From: Defluviitaleaceae bacterium
GTDB taxonomy: Bacteria > Bacillota > Clostridia > Lachnospirales > WQUN01
Direction: 5' to 3'
NCBI GenBank assembly: GCA_009782245.1
Contig: WRKK01000360.1
Location: forward strand, 1-36,282
DNA: 36,282 nt
The notes beneath the pieces are model-generated. The model searched no databases, had not been told where the DNA came from, and worked only from the letters and a program-made list of their open reading frames with translations. Below are positions 32,125 through 36,282 of this stretch, piece by piece. The position numbers and the translations under genes are program-made. Within the stretch, counting starts at the first letter, position 1. Each line of letters starts with the position of its first letter.

Positions 32125-33405
32125 ATGACTATGACAAAAAAAATACAACAGCCGCAAAAAAAATTGTTAATCGATAGTTGCGAAAACTCGGTGCGTATGG
32201 CTTGTTTAACCGATAATAAACTAACCGAAATTTTTATTGATATAAAAAACGATATAAAAACCGACACAAAAAACGATACAAAAACCGACACAAAAACCAG
32301 CATAACAGTCGACGAAACCAGCCAAAAATCAATAGTTGGCAACGTTATATTAGGAACGGTAAAAAGAATTTTGCCCAGTAGGTTTGCTTTTATAGATATT
32401 GGCAGCGAAAAAAACGCTTTTATGAATTTAGAGGAGCATCATCGGCTTAATCTAGGCGAAAAAATTATTGTTCAGGTTACAAAAGATGCAACGGGTACTG
32501 CGATGACGGCGAAAGGCGCAAAAGTGCAATCCACAATCCGCCTAAAGGGGCGTTTTGTAATATTACAGCCGTCCCAAGACTGCACGGTGGGCGTGTCAAA
32601 AAAAATTGCCGATGCCACCGAACGCAAACGCTTACGCAAACTTGCCCAAAAGCTGTTGCCTGTTGGGTTTGCTTGCGTGTTGCGCACCCAAAGCACCACC
32701 GCAACCTACCAAGACATACAAGCCGAATTTGCCGCCCTGCAAACACTACATACCAGCATTGTCCAGCAAGCACAAACCGCCGCCGCGCCAAAATTGTTGC
32801 ACAAAGAAGAATTTATATATAGCGACCTTTTAACCGACGAACTACAGCAAATTATCGTGAACAATGCGGCGGAATATTCCGCTTTGCTGGCAAAAATGCC
32901 GCAATATGCACCAAAAATAAAGCTATGGAACGCAGAAACTAGCCTGTTTGCAACCTACGGAATAGAGCACCAAATAACGCAAGCACTAAACCGCAATATT
33001 TGGCTAGACAGCGGCGGTTTTGTTACGTTCGATCCTGTAGAAGCTTGCGTTGTTATCGATGTTAATACGGGCAAATATTCTGGCAAAGGCGGCTACCGTG
33101 AAACTGCACTAAAAATCAACCTAGAGGCGGCGGAAACCATCGCCAGCCAAATTGCATTACGCAACCTTTCTGGGATAATAATAGTGGATTTTGTGGATAT
33201 GCCAAGCAAAACCGACCAGCAAAAATTACTAGAAACTTTCAAAACAGCACTAAACCAGCTACGCATACCGCCAACCGCCGTTAGCATGACCGATTTTGGG
33301 CTAGTACAAGTAGCCCGTCGCAAACAACGAGAACCATTATATAAACTTTTGCAAACATCTTGCCCTTGTTGTAACGGGCTGGGCAGGGTAACTAAAATAA
33401 ATTAA
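32125..33405 (+). CDS. rng: Rne/Rng family ribonuclease (RNase G-like)
   Basis: Seen: the S1 domain GNVILGTVKRILPSRFAFIDIGSEKNAFM, the catalytic-core blocks VVIDVNTGKY and GIIIVDFVDM, and a C-terminal CPCCNGLG. The start is uncertain because no clear SD precedes 32125. Confidence 0.85.
   Translation: MTMTKKIQQPQKKLLIDSCENSVRMACLTDNKLTEIFIDIKNDIKTDTKNDTKTDTKTSITVDETSQKSIVGNVILGTVKRILPSRFAFIDIGSEKNAFMNLEEHHRLNLGEKIIVQVTKDATGTAMTAKGAKVQSTIRLKGRFVILQPSQDCTVGVSKKIADATERKRLRKLAQKLLPVGFACVLRTQSTTATYQDIQAEFAALQTLHTSIVQQAQTAAAPKLLHKEEFIYSDLLTDELQQIIVNNAAEYSALLAKMPQYAPKIKLWNAETSLFATYGIEHQITQALNRNIWLDSGGFVTFDPVEACVVIDVNTGKYSGKGGYRETALKINLEAAETIASQIALRNLSGIIIVDFVDMPSKTDQQKLLETFKTALNQLRIPPTAVSMTDFGLVQVARRKQREPLYKLLQTSCPCCNGLGRVTKIN
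32239..32298 (+). repeat. 5 x 12-nt in-frame tandem repeat inside the RNase gene (DIKN/DIKT/DTKN/DTKT/DTKT)
   Basis: gatataaaaaac gatataaaaacc gacacaaaaaac gatacaaaaacc gacacaaaaacc. Confidence 0.95.
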
Positions 33406-33431
33406 ACCAAACTAGCAAAGGAGAGTTTTTT

Positions 33432-34418
33432 ATGAGATTAGTAACCAGAGCCGATTTTGACGGCTTGGCTTGTGCCGCTATTTTAGCCGAAGTGGGAATA
33501 GTTGACAGCCTAAAATTTATCCACCCAAAAGATTTACAAGACGGCAGCGTAGAAATTACCGACAGAGACGTGCTGGCAAATGTGCCTTATGCACCTGGCT
33601 GTAATATGTGGTTTGACCACCATTCTAGCGAAGAAGAGCGGTTAGGCTTTAACTTTAATTTTGAGGGCGAAAGCCGTGCCGCACCTAGCTGTGCCAGAAT
33701 AGTTTACGAATATTACGGCGGACTTAAAACAATGCCGCAGTTTGAAACCATGATTGCCGCCGTCGATAAAGTTGATGCAGGGCTTTTAACACAAGAAGAA
33801 ATCATCGACCCGCAAGGCTGGGTATTGCTCGGCTTTATTATGGACCCGCGCACGGGCTTTGGGCGGTTCAAAAATTTTAAGATGAGCAACTTTGACCTTA
33901 TGGAGCGGCTTATCCAAGATTGCCGCACAATGAAAATAGAGGAAATTTTAGCATCGCCCGACATAGTAGAACGCCTGGAAACGTACCACGAGCAAACCGA
34001 ACTGTTCAAAAACATGATATTAAAGCACACCCGCATCGACTGGGAAGTTATAATTACCGATATTCGCGGCGTAAGCCCAATTTACACGGGCAACCGTTTT
34101 CTAATTTACAGCTTGTTCCCAGGGCAAAATATCTCCGTGTGGATTTCGGACGGTAAAGATAAGGAAAATATATCTATTGCGGTGGGTTACAGCATACTTA
34201 ACCGCACGGCACGGGTTGACGTTGGCGGTCTTATGCTAAAATACGGCGGCGGCGGACATTTTCGGGTTGGCACTTGCCAAGTATCCCACGAAAAAGCCGA
34301 CCAAATAGTATCCGAAATAATAGAAGAAATAAAAGAACAAAACCGCCGCGAAGACTTAAACGAATCTGAAATGACCGACCTGTTAGACGATATTGATAGC
34401 TTGCTGGCGGATATTTAG
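33432..34418 (+). CDS. DHH superfamily phosphohydrolase (NrnB/COG2404-like)
   Basis: TRADFDGLACAAIL (DxD motif), MWFDHHSS (DHH motif) and GGGGHFRVG near the C-terminus. AAAGGAGAG SD. Confidence 0.65.
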   Translation: MRLVTRADFDGLACAAILAEVGIVDSLKFIHPKDLQDGSVEITDRDVLANVPYAPGCNMWFDHHSSEEERLGFNFNFEGESRAAPSCARIVYEYYGGLKTMPQFETMIAAVDKVDAGLLTQEEIIDPQGWVLLGFIMDPRTGFGRFKNFKMSNFDLMERLIQDCRTMKIEEILASPDIVERLETYHEQTELFKNMILKHTRIDWEVIITDIRGVSPIYTGNRFLIYSLFPGQNISVWISDGKDKENISIAVGYSILNRTARVDVGGLMLKYGGGGHFRVGTCQVSHEKADQIVSEIIEEIKEQNRREDLNESEMTDLLDDIDSLLADI

Positions 34419-34455
34419 CGCGGCTAAAAACGGGGTTGAAAAGGTTGAAAACACG

Positions 34456-34491
34456 GGCTGTTGCAAATCACAAAAATGGTTTGCAACAGCC
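34456..34491 (+). terminator. 12-bp stem hairpin between the DHH gene and guaA
   Basis: GGCTGTTGCAAA-12 nt-TTTGCAACAGCC with a weak U-tract. It may be a terminator or an attenuator. Confidence 0.4.
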
Positions 34492-34525
34492 TGTGCAATT
34501 TAATTTTGCGAAAAAGGAGACTAAC

Positions 34526-36067
34526 ATGAACCAACTTATTTTGGTATTAGATTTTGGCGGGCAGTACAAGGAACTAATAGCGCGAACAATCCGCAATTTG
34601 AACGTATACGCCGAAATACACCCAGGAAATATATCCATAGAAACGATAAAAAAAATGAAACCGATTGGCATTGTTTTAACGGGTGGGCCGCAAAGCGTTA
34701 ATGCGGAAAACGCTCCAAAGGCGGATAAACAGCTGTTTAGCTTGGGCGTTCCCGTGCTGGGGATATGTTACGGTATGCAGCTGATGTGCAAAACGCTAGG
34801 CGGCAGCGTTGCAACGGACGGCAACGGCGAATACGGCAGAATAGCGGTGCAAGCTGAACCGCCTAGCCAACTTATGAAAAACGTACAGAGGCAATTTACC
34901 GCACTAATGAGCCATTCTGATGCGGTTACGCAACTGCCGAGCGGGTTTATCGCCACAGCCGCCACCGAAAAATACATCGCCGCTTGCGAAAACGCCAGCC
35001 AAAAGTTATACGGCGTGCAATATCACCCAGAATCAGCACACACAGACAACGGGCGCGAAATTATGCGCAATTTTTTATTTGACATCTGCGGTGCGGCTGG
35101 CGATTACAAACTGGACGACTACATAACAAAAGAAGTGCAAAAAATCCGCCAAACAGTAGGCACGGAAAAGGTTTTGCTGGCACTTTCTGGCGGTGTGGAT
35201 TCTTCTGTTTGTGCGATGTTGCTGGCAAAGGCTATACCCAGCCAACTTTATTGCATTTTTATCGACCAAGGTTTAATGCGGCTAAACGAGGGCAACGAAA
35301 TAGAACAGGTTTTCAGCCAGCAACCGCAACTAAATTTTATCCGCATAAACGCCAAGGAGCGTTTTTTGGCGAGACTAAAAAATATTACCGAGCCAGAAAC
35401 CAAACGCAAAATTATCGGCGAAGAATTTATTAGGGTTTTTGAGGAGGAAGCCCAAAAATTGGGTAATATAAAATTTTTGGCACAAGGTACGATATATCCC
35501 GATATTGTGGAATCTGGCGGCGCACACGGGGCAACTATAAAAAGCCACCATAATGTCGGCGGCTTGCCCGAAAACCTTAACTTTGAACAGATTATCGAGC
35601 CGCTATCGGGCTTGTTCAAAGACGAGGTGCGAATTTTGGGCGAAAAACTGAATCTTCCCGCAACAATACTTAAACGTCAGCCGTTTCCTGGGCCAGGGCT
35701 GGCTGTACGCATAATCGGCGAAATTACCGAAGATAAGCTAATCACGTTGCAAAAAGCCGATGCTATTTTTAGGGAAGAAGTTTTGAAAGAAGTGGAAAAA
35801 TCGGAAAAAACAACTTTACCAAACCAATATTTTGCGGTGCTAACAGATACTTATTCCGTTGGCGTAAAGGGCGACGACCGAACCTACAACCCAGTTATAG
35901 CACTTAGAGCAGTAGATACAGCAGACTTTATGACCTGCGAATGTTCCGAACTGCCGCTAAAAATGCTAACGCACGTGGCACAACGCATAACAAACGAACT
36001 ACCAGCAGTAAGCCGAGTGGTATATGATATAACATCAAAACCGCCAGGCACTATAGAGTGGGAATAG
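34526..36067 (+). CDS. guaA: GMP synthase (glutamine-hydrolysing)
   Basis: ATG 34526 (MNQLILVLDFGGQY) follows the AAAGGAG SD. Seen: GATase LGICYGMQL and QYHPE, the ATP-PPase P-loop SGGVDSS and the C-terminal KPPGTIEWE. Confidence 0.95.
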   Translation: MNQLILVLDFGGQYKELIARTIRNLNVYAEIHPGNISIETIKKMKPIGIVLTGGPQSVNAENAPKADKQLFSLGVPVLGICYGMQLMCKTLGGSVATDGNGEYGRIAVQAEPPSQLMKNVQRQFTALMSHSDAVTQLPSGFIATAATEKYIAACENASQKLYGVQYHPESAHTDNGREIMRNFLFDICGAAGDYKLDDYITKEVQKIRQTVGTEKVLLALSGGVDSSVCAMLLAKAIPSQLYCIFIDQGLMRLNEGNEIEQVFSQQPQLNFIRINAKERFLARLKNITEPETKRKIIGEEFIRVFEEEAQKLGNIKFLAQGTIYPDIVESGGAHGATIKSHHNVGGLPENLNFEQIIEPLSGLFKDEVRILGEKLNLPATILKRQPFPGPGLAVRIIGEITEDKLITLQKADAIFREEVLKEVEKSEKTTLPNQYFAVLTDTYSVGVKGDDRTYNPVIALRAVDTADFMTCECSELPLKMLTHVAQRITNELPAVSRVVYDITSKPPGTIEWE

Positions 36068-36083
36068 TTACTAAATTTGTGAA

Positions 36084-36124
36084 CAGGCGTATATTGCGGG
36101 ATGTACGCCTGTTTGTTTTTTTTG
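36084..36124 (+). terminator. intrinsic terminator of guaA
   Basis: CAGGCGTA-12 nt-TACGCCTG followed by TTTGTTTTTTTTTG. Confidence 0.75.
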
Positions 36125-36184
36125 TGGTATTGTTTTGGTATTTTTATTTTTTTGGGGAGGGTTGCGAAAATTACTGCAAAACAG

Positions 36185-36226
36185 GGTGGACAAACGGGGG
36201 TGGACAAACGGGGGTGGACAAACGGG
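36185..36226. repeat. 3 x 14-nt perfect tandem repeat (GGTGGACAAACGGG)
   Basis: Read directly from the sequence. The last unit runs into the hairpin at 36220-36249. Confidence 0.95.
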
Positions 36227-36249
36227 CGACCGAGGACGGTCGCCCGTTT
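36220..36249. repeat. 13-bp stem palindrome AAACGGGCGACCG-agga-CGGTCGCCCGTTT (REP-like unit)
   Basis: It shares the 16-mer GGACGGTCGCCCGTTT (36234-36249) with the core of the 29387-29745 element (29538-29553). Confidence 0.9.
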
Positions 36250-36282
36250 ATCCCCAACCATTACGCCCGTCCCCCCCCCCCC

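Noticed and set aside
34419-34525. Looked for a purine/guanine riboswitch in the guaA leader.
   Set aside because: The conserved purine-riboswitch junction sequences (UAUAAU...CUAC...) are absent. Only a simple 12-bp hairpin is present, and it is more simply read as the terminator of the upstream gene.
36271-36282. Run of 12 C at the very end of the window.
   Set aside because: It lies at the sequence terminus. It is most likely a contig-end or sequencing homopolymer artefact rather than biology, and it cannot be evaluated without flanking sequence.

Overview
This 36.3-kb chromosomal segment reads like a Firmicutes/Clostridia-type genome. It has near-consensus TTGACA-17-TATAAT promoters, strong AGGAGG-type Shine-Dalgarno sites (SDs) and a sigma-D-like flagellin promoter, and all three stop codons are used. 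I saw no rRNA, tRNA or CRISPR array. Core genes are mfd, an Rne/Rng ribonuclease, a DHH-type phosphohydrolase, guaA, a long HAMP-rich chemoreceptor and a flagellin. Glycan-foraging genes are a GH3 beta-glucosidase, a GH2 beta-galactosidase, a Cys-type sulfatase and a MATE exporter. Several accessory modules sit between them. (1) 0.4-4.9 kb: a defence-type island. A two-gene cassette of small proteins is transcribed divergently from a translationally coupled operon holding two ABC-type ATPase + small nuclease-like pairs (one is the AAA/DUF4276 pair). The operon ends in a decayed hsdM 5' stub. (2) 8.8-14.1 kb: a five-gene operon that I could not place in any named pathway or defence system. It encodes a coiled-coil protein with a Gly-rich membrane hairpin, a duplicated zinc-ribbon/acidic-repeat protein, a 152-aa helical protein, a Ycf46-like classical AAA+ ATPase and a 159-aa protein. 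This is my best candidate for an undescribed system. (3) 14.2-15.4 kb: a retropepsin-like aspartic protease behind two paralogous small proteins. (4) 23.4-25.8 kb: a tandem duplication of an Rpn/YhgA-like PD-(D/E)xK nuclease gene. It copied a 116-bp piece of the neighbouring methyltransferase gene, and both copies keep a strong in-frame internal SD+ATG. (5) GC-rich nested palindromic elements lie after mfd and after guaA. (6) Short G-poor tandem repeats recur directly 5' of SDs at intercistronic junctions. All functional calls rest on motif recognition by eye; no database search or structure prediction was possible.
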